A stretch of DNA of 64,000 bases from Vicugna vicugna (GCA_013265495.1 MU057521.1:372001-436000), one strand, 5' to 3'; counted from the stretch's first letter, positions 13,961 through 26,820 are shown. The notes: a model not told the origin generated them from the sequence alone. Made by a program: numbers and translations.

Positions 13961-14896
13961 CCCAAGTGTTACGTATACCTTCTGCAGAGCTGTGCTGTGA
14001 CATCTGGACATCGCTCTCCTTAGAAATAACCTGGTACTCATCTGGAAAACCCGAGAGGGCACATATACTGGATTTTGTGCTGATAATCTTCTTCACTTTA
14101 CTGTTCACACCACAAAACTGCATGCCAAATAAGGTTATAATTAAAATGAAGATCCAAGCAATGAATAAGCAAGTATGCTTTAAGAAGGTACAAAGACATT
14201 CTTTCCAGACTTATGAAGACATTGGAAATTAAAGGACTAAGACCTTTCTCAAAATCACAAAACTAAAGGATGATAGAATTACAGGACCACAATCCACTGA
14301 CCCTTAAACCATTGTGAACCTCACTATACATTGTCACTGCCCTGATACCAACATAAACAATTCAAGTGTTACCATGAGGCATGCTGGGTTCAAGTCAGAA
14401 TTATTCCTTAAAATAAGGCACAATCTAAACTGGATGCTGCTATGAAGTGGGTCATTTCCATTTCCATTTGGCCCCATACCATGGCCAAAGAAGGCCTAGT
14501 TAGTAAGACCACATCAGCTGCTGCCCTTCCCAGAATATGCTTCACTCTGATTCAATTAATAAAATTGACTTGAAGAAGGTATGTTATCAAATGCCATTTT
14601 CAGAATACACAGGGGAACTTTTAATTTGTTTAACAGAACTATCACCAGGTTCTAGAATGCCAGGCACTGGGGAGGTGCTGAATTAATACCGCGAAAAGGA
14701 CACGGTCCCTAACACCAAGAAATTCACATTCTAATTGAGTTGTCACATCAGATGAAGATGACCTGAAAAGTACCAACTGTTATATCAAGATGGACATAAA
14801 ATGCCAGGAAATGGGAAATGAAGGATATAAGAGGTATGTGTCATCCTTACACAGGGACCAACTCATCTCTGCTCATCTCATTTTTTCCAGTTGTCA

Positions 14897-15448
14897 TGTT
14901 GCAGAAAAATGTGTTATAGCTCAGTGTTACAGCTCAGTTGTGAAAGCAACCTGGATCCGGGCGAGAGACCAAGCAGCACTCAGAGAGTTGGAGAACTCAC
15001 GTTTATGACACCAGCGGGCCCAGAGAGTAGTTAACACTCCAAGCTCTGGACCCCGTCTGCAGGTTTACACAGGCCTTTATAGGCTGCCAGTTTTACACTT
15101 TGCAACATCACATGCAAATAAAGTATAACAGAAGTTGACCAACTAGGAACAAGCTTTGTAGAAATAGACCAATCAGGAGTGAGCTCCATGCAAATGAAGT
15201 ACTACAAATCGACCAATCGGAAGTTAGGGAAGTGGACCAATCAGAAGTGAGAGTAATAATCAGGAGTGAAAGAAATAACCAATCAGAAGTGAGCTCAGGG
15301 AACCAATAGAATTTTAGGGGTAAGTAAGCCGTTTCAGAGGCAAAAAGTGAGATAGAGCCTCTCAGCCAGGGAACTGGATGGTGCTGGCAGGAGAGTAGTG
15401 GCCCTGCTTGGGGGTCCTGCCGGTCTTTTTATGGGGCTTCCCGCCTCA
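14897..15448 (-). mobile_element. Intact solo LTR (probably ERV1 class), 552 bp, with 4-bp TSD
   Basis: TG...CA termini. GTCA direct repeat at 14893-14896 and 15449-15452. Minus-strand TATAAA at 15076-15081. CCAAT array. CpGs retained. Confidence 0.85.
15076..15307 (-). promoter_or_regulatory. LTR U3 promoter: TATA box, 5 CCAAT boxes, 2 octamer motifs
   Basis: CCAAT at 15169, 15213, 15237, 15279 and 15303. ATGCAAAT at 15112 and 15188. TATAAA on the minus strand at 15076-15081. Confidence 0.6.
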
Positions 15449-16095
15449 GTCATACATACCAAAATCAGTATGTTTACTCTCATAAGTAAACACCATAAAA
15501 CAACTCTGCAGATTATTAAGAACATTTTTCTTAAGTTCGATAACAGCTAACGTAACTCCCGAGACAAGCAGAAGACTTTCACAGAGAGATGAATGTTCTC
15601 ACACAAATCTTGGAATTAGGCTGGGCGAGGCACTTAAAAGAGAGTTCTCCTCCATTTTCAAGTCTTCTCCAAAGCGTTTAGTGTCACAAAATATACTGTA
15701 GCCAGTATATTTTGGTGTGTGTGTGCGAGAAGAATCAATGTGGGCTTCTAAGGCCTTGGCAAAATGCCGTGCCATGATGGGCTATAGGGGAAAGGAGGCT
15801 CAGATAAAGAAAATAAGAAAAAAGGAATAAGTGAGCTGTCAGGAAAACTCAATCTTATGTACTATAGTTTTCCTTCTGTATGCCAGAGACCTAGGAGGCA
15901 TGCCAAAAAGTAACTGGATGATGGGAAAAACTATATATATGAAATAGTCACAGAAATTAACAATCACGTTACATAAATCTCTAAGCCCATCAACTAGATA
16001 TTCTCAGTATATAATCAATCACAGTAGTCTTCATTGCTTCCAGGTCTCTCTCCTGTCTGTCTGTCTCTCTGTCTCTGTCTGTCTCTCTCTCATAG

Positions 16096-16131
16096 TTCAC
16101 TCAAAGTGCACTACTTTCACTCAAAGTGCAC
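16096..16131. repeat. Tandem duplication, period 20
   Basis: ttcactcaaagtgcac at 16096-16111 and 16116-16131. Confidence 0.9.
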
Positions 16132-17764
16132 AGCAGCCTGAAGACAGGAAATCTGCATCTGGGGATGTTAAAGTAACGTCAGGAAAAAGCCTGTGCCCAT
16201 TTTACACCAGCAAAGCAGACCTGAGCCTCTGTTTCCCAAGAACCAGGAACAGGAGGACTAGTTCCACCAGGTGACATCTGAACCAGAGGGACATCAACAG
16301 ATTCTAAAGAAGAGAGACAAAGAGAGAGAACTGTACAACAACTGAAGATCTATTGGTGACTCAACCTACACAGACCGTCTATCACACAAAATTTCCATGT
16401 CCGTCTCCAGCAAGAAGCCTTGCTGCTAAGCTGGAGCTATTCACAAACACACCAGGTTGAATCCTTGGCAATTGCCTTCTTGATTCCTGCTTTTAGTAAG
16501 CTCTGAAATAATTTGTTTATCACTTGGGCCATTTGTTGATAAATGGAGTTCATTCACTGTGTCCTCTAATTAATTAGTTTGCTTTCTGTGTTATTAATGG
16601 AAGCACAAGTATATCCATTAGCCCTTTGGGGGCCCTCCTGCATGCAGCCTTTGGAAAAGGCATGTTTCAGAGCCCTGTAAGGTGCTGACTCTTGGTTGTG
16701 CTGTCTGGGCTTCAATCGGAAGTCGGAGATCTTCCCAGGCAATCAGGTATTCCTCTAGCCCAAAAGGGAAAATAAATATCTGCAGGATTGTACTTCTCTT
16801 GAAGTGACTATGATTTCACTGCAATTTCCGTCCAAGGCAACATGCATTTTATCAGACTGAGGTTCAGCCATTATGTTGCTAATTAAGTTAACAAGAGCTG
16901 TGCGCAGCTTAATTTGCAACCAGCTATCCTATACACTGTTCAATAAAGAAAGCAGCATTTTTGTGATGATTCTGTTTTTAAGCCTGGAATTAAATTAAAA
17001 ACTGTAACGATCCCTATGAAGGGACATCTGATGTGTATGTTCAAAATGCAGAATAGGAGAATATACTGTTTCGCACATTGGATCCTCACACTTTTTATTT
17101 ACAGATTTACTGCACAGCGTAGCCGAAACAGGGGTAATTACCTGTGTACATTTTAATTCATCATAATTCAAATAAAATGTGTTTTGCTGCCCAACTTTCT
17201 TCTTGCAGCTGTCATTCTGCCCAACGGCAAGCAGACTTTTAGTAATGAGTTAGCCTCTGTTGATCTGCCTCTCCTCCAGTTTCTAGGGGCTAAAAAAAGA
17301 AATTCTCTGGTTCATTTATTCAGTAAATATTTACTGAGCATCTCCTGTGTGCCAGACATTGCACTAGGCTCTAGGGACTCAGAGGAAAAAATAAATGTTC
17401 CTAAGTGGGATCTGACAGAGGCTCCAAAAGAATAATCATGTTCATTCAATCAAAGAAAACTCAGTTGGGAGAGGAATAGACCTGGGGTAGGATCCTGAAG
17501 ACCAAGACTCAGGTATATGGTTTTTAAATATGCCCAAACTCAGTCACTAACCAAGGAAAGAAAATGAAATAAGCAAGTTGTCTCTGGGCCTCATTTGTTC
17601 ATTCATAAAGTAGAGGTTCACCTATTATTAAAATCCTTTTTAGCAGATTTCGTGAATAATCCAAATTCTCTCATGACCTATCTTCAACCAAGTACTACTT
17701 CCTCAACTGGAATGTCTTTCTCATTCCCTCCTCCGTTTCTGTGTATTAGAAGACCACTCAGTGA

Positions 17765-17950
17765 AGTCTGCAGTCTACTTATGTGCTCTATCGATGTCAG
17801 ATCCCTACTTTTCATTAGTATATTCATTATATAAGATGGTACCATTAGGGGAAGCTGGGTGATGAGTATCTGGGATATATTCATGCTATTTTTGCAACTT
17901 CTGATGAGTCTGTCATTATTTCAAAACAAAAAGTTTGTTTAAAAAAAAAA
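17765..17950 (+). mobile_element. L1MC/MD-type 3' end
   Basis: aagatggtaccattaggggaagctgggtga...tatttttgcaacttct...attatttcaaaacaaaaagttt, followed by an A-tail. Confidence 0.8.
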
Positions 17951-18369
17951 CAAAATTCAAAACGCACCTCAAAAGTGAAACCAAAACTGGTATCAATCTC
18001 CTTTTTCCTTCCCTCTGTTGTAACATTCTGACTGCATTATAGTTAGTTACAAACCCACCTGCCTCTTGATTTTTAAACTCTAAGAGATAGAATTGCACCG
18101 TATTTATCTTTGTATCCTCTGTAGACCTTAGAATAGTTGCTTTTCTAACCCAGGTTCATTCAATTAAATTCAACAAACTGGGTTCAAAACACTGGTTAAA
18201 ACATTTCCTAACATCTCTTATCTCATCAGGGAAGCTCTGCCTTACATCCTGTTTTCCCTTTCATGGCATTCAGCAGAATCTGTATGCAGAACGTGTGTGG
18301 GCTTTTGGTTCACACACGCATTTTCTCAAGGTGCCTACCAGCAAAATGTGACTGGTAAGTAACGCTCAC

Positions 18370-18410
18370 CTGGATACCAAGGACAAAGAGAGTTAATTAA
18401 CCAGTGATGG
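18370..18410 (-). other. Candidate exon (41 nt)
   Basis: Acceptor tatattcag|, donor CAG|gtgagc. Confidence 0.4.
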
Positions 18411-18892
18411 CTGAATATAGTACATAAATAATAGAGCATGAGAGAAATAGGGGTTATGTTATACAAACATTCAGGTCCTGCAATATCCCGTTCTGGATAT
18501 GGTTTTCAAAACGAAGACAATTAAAATAAAGTCCACTTTTATTTGGTTCTGAAGATGCTTTCTCTAAAGCTTTTTGAGATCTTGCAGCTCCAACATTAAA
18601 ATATACATACATAATGTGGATTCCTGGAGATGAGCACAAGAAGGGGCTCCGAAAGGTCATTGCTACCCACCTAGGACTTGTATTTGTAAAAGTTGGCAGC
18701 AGTTGGGATCATTTGTAGCTGCCAAGATAAAAACTGCTATGCCTACATATCTTGTAAGTTTTAAAATATAGGTCATTGCAAATTATTAAAATGTAATTTC
18801 ACTAAAATTAAAATATAATAAAATAAAAAAATTAAGTCAGTGACAACCACTATTTGAGAACATAGGTAAGTTACTGAAAGAAAAACATAGTA

Positions 18893-19015
18893 GGGAGGGT
18901 ATAGCTCAGTGATAGAGTGCATGCCTAGCATGCATGAGGTCCTGGGTTCAATCCCCAGTATCTCCATCAAGTAAGTAAATAAATAAATCTAATTACCTCC
19001 CTACCCCCCAAAATA
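18893..19015 (+). mobile_element. tRNA(Ala)-derived SINE (camelid Vic-1-like)
   Basis: gggagggtatagctcagtgatagag (A box)...gggttcaatccc (B box), then a taaa-rich tail. Highly similar to the copy at 32571. Confidence 0.9.
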
Positions 19016-19349
19016 ATGATGTCCAGGATAGGAAACTGCAGAAGCTAATAATTTTTTAATTGTTGAGATAGTATAATTTAAATGGTATTTATACTTGATT
19101 TTGCCTCTGGGAATAACTGATGAATGTTTAGAAATATCTCAATCACGAATGAATAGAACATAATTTCTAACGGTTATTTTTCCCAAAATGTTGTTGAGTA
19201 TAAATGTAAATTCCACTTAATCAAAAACTTAAAGACTATAAAAATATTTTACAATTTATTTACTTTATTTGAATGCCAGCTACATTTGCACATGTTTTGT
19301 ATTAGAATCTTATAGAACATCTATTAAGAGTTTTAACCTTTTCTGACAC

Positions 19350-19810
19350 TTATGCCCTTAATCCTGCTGAAGTTTCTTGCATATTACATAAGAGAGAGAT
19401 CCAAATTCATCTTTTTCCATATGTATAACTTTTTTCCCAGCTCCATTTATTGGACAGTTTCTCATTTCTCCTGAATGACCTGAAATGCCCCATTTATAAT
19501 ACCCCAAAGTTCCATAGATGTGTAAATCTGTTTCTGGGTTCTCTTTTCCATTGGTCAATTGTTCTCTGTACCAATAAGTAACTGACTTTCATTAGCCTCT
19601 TAGTAAACCCAGGTGTCTAACAGGTAATTACCTACTCTTTTTCAAAACGAGCCTCGCTCGTTTTGATACTTTGTTCTGCCACAAAAATTTCAATATCATC
19701 TTATTAAGTCAATAAACTGTTTAGATTTTGATTGGAAATGTATTGGAAATGTAAATGTCTATTATAATATGAAAATTTACATCTTCACATATTTTGGGTT
19801 TTTATGCATG
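19350..19810 (-). mobile_element. L1 ORF2 C-terminal fragment
   Basis: ORF 19358-19558 reads ENPETDLHIYGTL..., resembling L1 ORF2 ENPEIxPHIYGQLIFDK. Confidence 0.85.
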
Positions 19811-19811
19811 A

Positions 19812-20050
19812 TTGTGATAGCCACTGGGTAGATATGGAGCTTCAGAAACAGAAAGGAAGACAGCTGAGAAATGTGCAGAAAGGAGGAGCCGGGGCTCTTG
19901 GTGATGTGACTAAATTCTCTGAATCGATCTGTTCCTGAAGCTCCAGACCTACGCAGCAACTGTTCCGTTACCTAAACAAACAAGTCTATTTTGTATTTAA
20001 GCTAGTGTAAGTCTGGTCTTATTTTGCATGCTATACAAAATTCCTTAACT
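19812..20050 (+). mobile_element. MLT1J/K-like LTR fragment
   Basis: 3' end ttgtatttaagctagtgtaagtctggtc...ttccttaact. Confidence 0.45.
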
Positions 20051-20289
20051 GGCAGTACCCTCCTATGCACTAGGAGGAATTTGCCGTCCCTGGAAAAAAG
20101 AAAGGTACAAGCAAAGAAGTGCTTACACACGTAGTGGAAAAAAAGTTTAAGATGAGGAAGATAAACAGTCTGTATGTATTCCAGAAAATGATGCCTTTTC
20201 AAATGGTTGTATTGCTTTAATGACCACGTCTAGATTTTAAACTCCTAAGAGCTGAGGTCTTCAGAGCCAGGTGGAAAGCTCACAAGACC

Positions 20290-20460
20290 TGCAGGAATCT
20301 TCATGCTTCCACTGGATGACCTGGGGGGATTAATACAGCACTTTTGGAACTCAGTCTCCTCAACTCCACAATAAGCATAACGTTTCCTAGCAGGGTTTTT
20401 TGAAAGAGTCGTATGAGACAAGAAGGCTTGACATAGAAGAAGCGTTCAGTAAGTCACAGA
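20290..20460 (+). mobile_element. MIR fragment
   Basis: ctcagtctcctcaactccacaataag...gtatgaga...gacatagaagaagcgttcagtaa. Confidence 0.5.
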
Positions 20461-21138
20461 ACACTGTGGTATTCTTTTTATTAACAGAAGCAGTGTGAGT
20501 TTTACCTCAAAAAATCATTATGTGAGCTGAAATGGTCCACAGCCTTACCAGCCTAGGGTATCTTCTGTTACAGTAGAACCTGATTTTTTTGTTTGATGTT
20601 TTTCTCTTTCAGTATTTTCCACCTCTTCCAGAATAAGACCCTAAGAATGTGTCTCAAATGCATCCACCTGCCCTTAAAGCTGTTGGCTGGGCTCTCCAAC
20701 TCCCACTGCGGGGACCCTGGCTTCAGCTGAAATGCTCCTTCGCTCTGGTCCCTGCTTGCACAACTACCACCTGGCAACTCTGACCTGCCTCTGTGGACCT
20801 CTCAGGAGGGGTGCTGGCATCCAGACTCTTCTCTTCCTCTGGGTCAACAATGTCACCCCGTTATTTGCTTTGTTCATCTGCTGGACCTCACTGCTGTTTG
20901 TGATGTTTGAATCATTGCCCTTCCTGCTGTACCACCTTGCCACTTCTCACATCTGTTTCCAGCTGCCCTGTGTCGGTTCCATAGCCAGATGCTCCGGTCT
21001 GCTCCTTTCCCCACCCCCATGCTGATTAATTCCACTCCATAGCACTGGATAAAAACCACAGTGCCATTTTCTCTAAGCCTCTGCTCCAGGTTTCAATTCA
21101 TGAAATACCAATATGTAGTTTTAACAAAAGAAGCTTAC

Positions 21139-21233
21139 CTGGGTCTCAGTCACTGAAACAGCTCCAGGAAATAGTTCTCAATTTGTGTATTTCCAGTATG
21201 TATTACAGCTTTCTCCTCTAATATAATATGCGG
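21139..21233 (-). other. Candidate exon (95 nt)
   Basis: Acceptor tattttatag|, donor CAG|gtaagc. Two of the three frames have a single TGA. Confidence 0.45.
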
Positions 21234-21699
21234 CTATAAAATAGTGGGTACAAATGTGGCCCAATTTCTTTTTTCATGTTATAAATACAAATTTAATGCT
21301 TTATTATAAATTGCTGTTAGTATAAAAATTTACCTCTTATAATAGCATACTTTATTATTTTTGAAGTTGCCAAGGTGATCTTTTTTTATTTTATATAGTC
21401 GATAACTTTATTTTGCAATTGACAGAAATAATTTTATACTAGGATATACCTTCTCCACAAAGCAAGTAAATAGTATTTTCATATGAGTAAAGAGAAAGAA
21501 TTGGCCTCAAATAAAAGTGGAATAATAGACAGGATCATGTTTCAATTTTACAGTCTTTCTGCCCATGATACATACAACATTTGACTTGTAACCTTCCTTT
21601 TATATTCACCATCTGCATTCTGCTGCAACACAGGAAATGTGAGATGAGTCCAGGTCGTTTGGATCTATAATATTAAGTCTGAACATAACATCTAAATAG

Positions 21700-21855
21700 A
21701 ATGAGCCTGGTCTGGGGCAGTGGACTAGAAGTCATATAATTTCTATCTCCCAGTCACCATTCATTTATTATGTCCTTGAGCAAATCATTTAACCTTTCTA
21801 TGCCTCAGACTTTTCTATGAAATAAGATAATACCTATTCCCAACACAAGCATTTG
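21700..21855 (+). mobile_element. MIR
   Basis: ccttgagcaaatcatttaacctttctatgcctcag core. Confidence 0.7.
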
Positions 21856-22046
21856 TAAAAAAAAAAAAAATCCAAAATTAAAACCGTCTGGCATTTTACA
21901 TAAAAGAGCTTTTAGGAAAAAATAATTCCTGGGCAGAAATTTGCAAACAAGCCCTACCTACCTCACCACCACCTTTATATATGCAGATTCTTTGTTAACC
22001 TCAAGAGAGGGAGACAAATACATAACTCTGTCTAGAAGCCCAGACT

Positions 22047-22300
22047 AATATAATAATACAACATCCATCAAGCACTTACTATGTGTCAGGCACTGCTCTA
22101 AGTGCTTTACATATATTACCTCTATTAATCCTCGCACTAACTACACGAGGCAGGCACTCCTGTTAGTTCAGTTGAGGAAAGTCAGTTAGGCCATTGAGGA
22201 AAAGCAGGCACCAGAGGTTAAATAAATTGCCCAAGGTGAAACGGCTGGCAGGAGGCTGGAGCTATGTTGAACTCTGGCTGATCCAGAGCCCTGGCAGTTA
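22047..22300 (-). mobile_element. MIR
   Basis: agcacttactatgtgtcaggcactgctctaagtgctttaca...agaggttaaataaattgcccaaggt. Confidence 0.85.
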
Positions 22301-23204
22301 GCCACCCCCGGGGGCTCAGCCATCCCTACTCTGCTGTGACGCCTCCCAGGATCACAACAGACCTGTGCTCCCCTGTAGCTGGTACCTGAAGGGGCTCTGG
22401 TTGCCTGAAAAACTGAGAACCATCCGGGGGAAAACTCATCCCAAAGGAAGTGATGACCGAAGAGCACAGATTTGGATAAGCTCTCCATATTGGAAGAGAC
22501 AGATGATTTTTTTTTTTAGCATCATGATGCCTATAGCTTGGAATGTTTTTATACAGGCCAGCCATTCAATTACTCAGTGGATAATTACTAAGCACCTACT
22601 GTGTTCCAAGTACTATTGTTGTTGCCACTGAAGACATCGATAACCAGAAATACAGAGTCCTTGTCTTTTATTGGGGCTTGTGAGGCATGAATACACAAAT
22701 AATAAGCAAACAGATCAATAACTAGCATCATTTCAGATATCAAAAATTGTTACGACAAAGATACAGGAAGGCCTTGTTTCTGAGCCCTATGGAGAAGACA
22801 GAGTGAAATCAAAGAAACTGGTTCTGGGAAAGCCATCGAACACTGTTGAAGGCAAGGTTGTAACTTCTGCAACAGTGGTATGAATGGGGGAGTACTTTCC
22901 CTGCTTGTGTTCCTATGGAGGGGGTGGTCAGGGGTAGCAGAAACACAGCAGCCTATGCTACAAGGTGAACTGGACTAGACACTGTTCTTTATCCTAACAG
23001 AAAGATGAGCCAACAACAAGAATAAGGAATTCACTGAAGAAATTAAATATAATAATAATCATCATGAAACAACAAACATGAAAACAGATCTCACTGTTAT
23101 TACAGAAGTGAAAATCAAATTGTAATAGTTTTCTTTTAATTAGATTGGTATTATTTCTTTAAATATAACATATAGTCCCGAGAAGATATGTGAAGAAATA
23201 TAAA

Positions 23205-23850
23205 TTATTCTACTCAGTAATGATTTACTGAGTGCTTACTGTGTCCTAGGTGTTTTGCTGGGCACCAAGGACACATTCATTGATTCAACAAACATTCATG
23301 GAGCTTCTACTGGGTATGAGGCACTTTGCTGAAGACTGGGGGTTCCTGGTGTTCAGGACAAGAATGGTTCCTGCTCTCATAAGGCTTACATGCTAGAAGA
23401 GGAGAGAGATGTTTTAAATATACACACACACCAAAATGTGTATTTAAGTAGTGAAAACTCCTCTAAAGGAGATACTGTGGCTCCTATAGGAGTTAATAAT
23501 ATTAGAAGTAATCTCATTAGGACAGGAGAAATTGCCTTTGAAAAGTTAACATTCAATCTAAACTCTAAAAGAGGAGTAGGAAACAGCAGGGCAAAGAGGA
23601 GGGGAAAGTACCTTTCAAGTAAATTCCACAATATGAACAGAAGCATTAAGTAAGGTGGAGCAAATGTGTTTGAGAAACTAAAAGAAAAATCAGTGTGGCT
23701 GAAGTACAGCAGGTGGGGAGCGGGGCAGGAAGGGAACGGCAGGGATGAGATGGAGAGCTGAACGGGGCGCAGGCTGTGCAGAGCAATGAGAAGCCGCTGC
23801 CGGGAATTGAGTTGACAAGTGACATGATCAGAAGTAGTGGTGAAAAATGC
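23205..23850 (-). mobile_element. L2 3' end fragments
   Basis: cattcattgattcaacaaacattcatggagc (antisense L2 tail), followed by purine-rich body. Confidence 0.75.
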
Positions 23851-23929
23851 AGCTAAAGCTCTGCCTTCAAAAAGTCACATTCTCATAGGGAAATGGGTAT
23901 TTTCGAGTGTAACTGGAGGAAGTACAAAG

Positions 23930-24690
23930 AGGCATAAAAATTTTGCTGGGCAGTTAGGTAATATCTCTAAATCTAAAATACAGTTGCATCCAGCAACCCT
24001 TCATATTTCACAGAAATCCTTGCGTATGTATAATGACGTTAATGTTATTAAAAATTAGAATAAGTCTAAATGTCTATCAAAAGGATATTCAATGAATACA
24101 ATATAATGTAACCATAAAATGAAATATGACACAGCCATTACAAAATGAGCTTAATCTGCACATATTACCCTGTAAAGATGTTTTAAAAACAGCAAAGTTT
24201 AGGGCTGTAGGTATAGTTATAGCCCAATTTTCTTAAACAAACATATAAATAAACAGTTGGCCTTTGAACAACATAGGTTTGAACTGTGCAAGTCCGCTTA
24301 ACGTGGGTTTTTTTTTTTCAGTAGTAAATACTACGGTACTACATGGCCCATGGTTAATTGAACCTGCAGGTGCAGAACTGGGAATACTGAGGAACCCAGG
24401 TGCTGATGGAGAAACGGCCGATACGGAGGGCTGACTATGTAAGTTATAGGTAGAGTTTGAACTGCATGGAGCATTCGTGCCCCTAACCACTCCTGCCATT
24501 GTTCAAGGGTCCAATGTATGTGTATCAAGGAGCTTTATACTTTAAACACTCCTATTTTTGCTAGATTTCATTACAATGATTATTCATTAAGATGTAACAT
24601 TTATCAAAAAAGATACTCAAATACATTATATAATATATGAGATTTTCTAAGAGGGGTATGCATGTTTATAATAAAATAGAAAAAGATATT
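23930..24690 (+). mobile_element. L1ME-type 3' fragment interrupted by Tigger2a
   Basis: ttgcatccagcaacc, aaatgtctatcaaaagg, acagccattacaaaatgag. Confidence 0.55.
24254..24516. mobile_element. Tigger2a/MER28-like MITE (TcMar)
   Basis: Terminal inverted repeats cagttggcctttgaacaa / ttgttcaagggtccaatg, followed by TA. Confidence 0.85.
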
Positions 24691-25571
24691 TTTCAAAGCA
24701 TAGGTAACCAGACAAATGGACAGACAGGCAAAAAGTTACATGCCTGCCACTTTTGGTCAGCATATTTTTCCTCCATTAAAAATTAACACCAGCCAGTAGG
24801 CCATGGGTAAACAACTCAAGTTTACAGGGGTAGAGATTAAATTCCATTTCCAACTTTTTACATAATTTGTTATTGTTGATTTTATTAGTATTTGCTTATT
24901 ACCAATATAGTATGAAATATGCACAGATTGTATGTTCATTTGTTTTAGACCCTCTAAGCCTTAGGACAATGATTGGTTCATTGCAAGCATCCAATAAATG
25001 ATTACTGAATCCAAAGATTCTTATAGTTGACTTCTGATCCCTTAAACTCAGGAAATCAGCCTAGAAAAGTGAAAATGCCCGAGGCCATATGAAAAAGAGG
25101 CAATCCCACGTCCAGGATTCCCAATTTGCCATCTAACGAGGACGTTCAAACTGACTGCTGACAAAAATGATCCTAGCTGCAACTCAGTTTGATCTCGGAA
25201 ATGGTATTTCTCCAGACATCACAGAAGACTTCCTTTAAGGATAATGTCACAGCTGACTGAGATCTCATCAAGGACCTCGAATGCCCAGCAGAACCACTTT
25301 AAGTGCTCTCAGCTGAAGCCAGCAAAGCATCATTTAATTATGCAGGATTTCTGATTGCTTATCATCAACCCTGTCCTCGTACAGCTCTTCACCCCTTGTG
25401 CGTCCCCTGGATGGAGAGTCTCCATCAATCTGAATGGCAGCTTTTGTGAAGGAAGATGTGAGATGGCGCAAGATGGGAAAGGATCAGTTAGGATCTGAAA
25501 GAAAATTAGACAGAGAGCAGGCCTTTTCTCTGAAATTCCTATAATGTTGCCTCATTCACCAACTTGTTTAC

Positions 25572-25614
25572 CTGATAGTCAACCATTTTACAAATTTCAA
25601 ATCTCACTTCTTAG
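25572..25614 (-). other. Candidate exon (43 nt) followed by a 77-nt intron to an acceptor at 25494
   Basis: Acceptor ctgttatcag|, donor CAG|gtaaac. Next acceptor aattttctttcag| opens an exon at 25494. Confidence 0.4.
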
Positions 25615-26714
25615 CTGATAACAGATGTTAATATATTTCAGGTGAATGAGACATAAACTAGTTATATGTTTTGAGATTAAAAGGTAATGTACCATAAATT
25701 ATTGATTAAATGGGACTTTGGAGCACATTGAAAAACAATTTCATAGTCTTCTTTGCATAGAATAGAATGAGAAGTTATTTTGCCGAGTTTTCCTAGGAAA
25801 TACGTCTTATGTTTTGACATTGAAAGATAGTAGCTTCACTGTAGAACAAAAGCATAACTTATTCTTTGGGGATAACCTTGAATTAAGTGATTTAAGTGTT
25901 CGCTAACAAGGCCAAATGAAAGCTATTAAGTCAGTACTCATCCACTCTGGTTTTAGTATTTCAGGTTCTATAAGGATTCTAAATTTCAACAGCCTTAGCA
26001 TATTGAGATTAAATAGCTCAGAAAGACAAAAATATATATATTCAAGTTATCCCTTTAAACAACTATCCACCAAAAGAATAGTTGTTCTTTAGACCAGAAA
26101 AAAAGGAGCAAAAGATGCATATAAATCTTCATTTTCATTTTTCTATTTCTGTGATACGGTGTACACTTCCTCCCCATAAAACAATTAAGGGTAACCATGG
26201 GCAAGCCAATTTAGATAACTTTTCTAGGAAACACATTCATTCTGTTTTCAGTACAGTTCTATTGGGAGTCATTGATAATTGATACTTGACAACCTGAAAG
26301 CATTTCCTGATTTGGAGCAGGTGCAGGTTTCAATAGGCACGCTTCACAGATGAAACAACAAAGCCCTCCTTGATGTGATTACACTTATTATTCTGTGATC
26401 GCTCCTTCCTGATCAGGCATACATTCAGTCACAAAAAAAAAAGTACTGTAGCATTATCCATAGATTATGTATGAAATTGTTGGGGGAAGGGGAGGAACAC
26501 AAGAGAAGGCTCTCAAATATTTTCAGTTGGTGCAGAGTGAATGACAGCTCCAGGTGGAATTCTGTACAACAGAGGGCCATGATTAATATATTGTGTTTAT
26601 TTAAAAGAAAATGGGGACATGGAGTAAAGTAGAGTATTTTTGAAGATACTGTTTGAGGGAAGGATAAACTGATATAAAATATGAGGCCCTCATTATTATT
26701 TGAATATGCATCAT

Positions 26715-26820
26715 TTAAAGGATGAGATGCTGATGGAGAGGTCTGCATGCAGTAAGGGTGGTACTCAATTTTGCTGTGAACTTAAACCTGCTCTAAAAAA
26801 TAAAGTCTATTTTTAAAAAA
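26715..26820 (+). mobile_element. L1MC-type extreme 3' end
   Basis: ctcaattttgctgtgaacttaaacctgctctaaaaaataaagtctat. Confidence 0.7.

Noticed and set aside
17105..17133. Plus-strand 29-nt AG/GT-bounded segment
   Set aside because: Isolated with no plus-strand partner exons nearby. It also shows that such pairs arise by chance.
18893..18966. tRNA-Ala-like gene (also 32571-32645)
   Set aside because: Followed by the shared SINE tail, lacks an oligo-T terminator, and the second copy has a TSD. These are SINEs, not tRNA genes.
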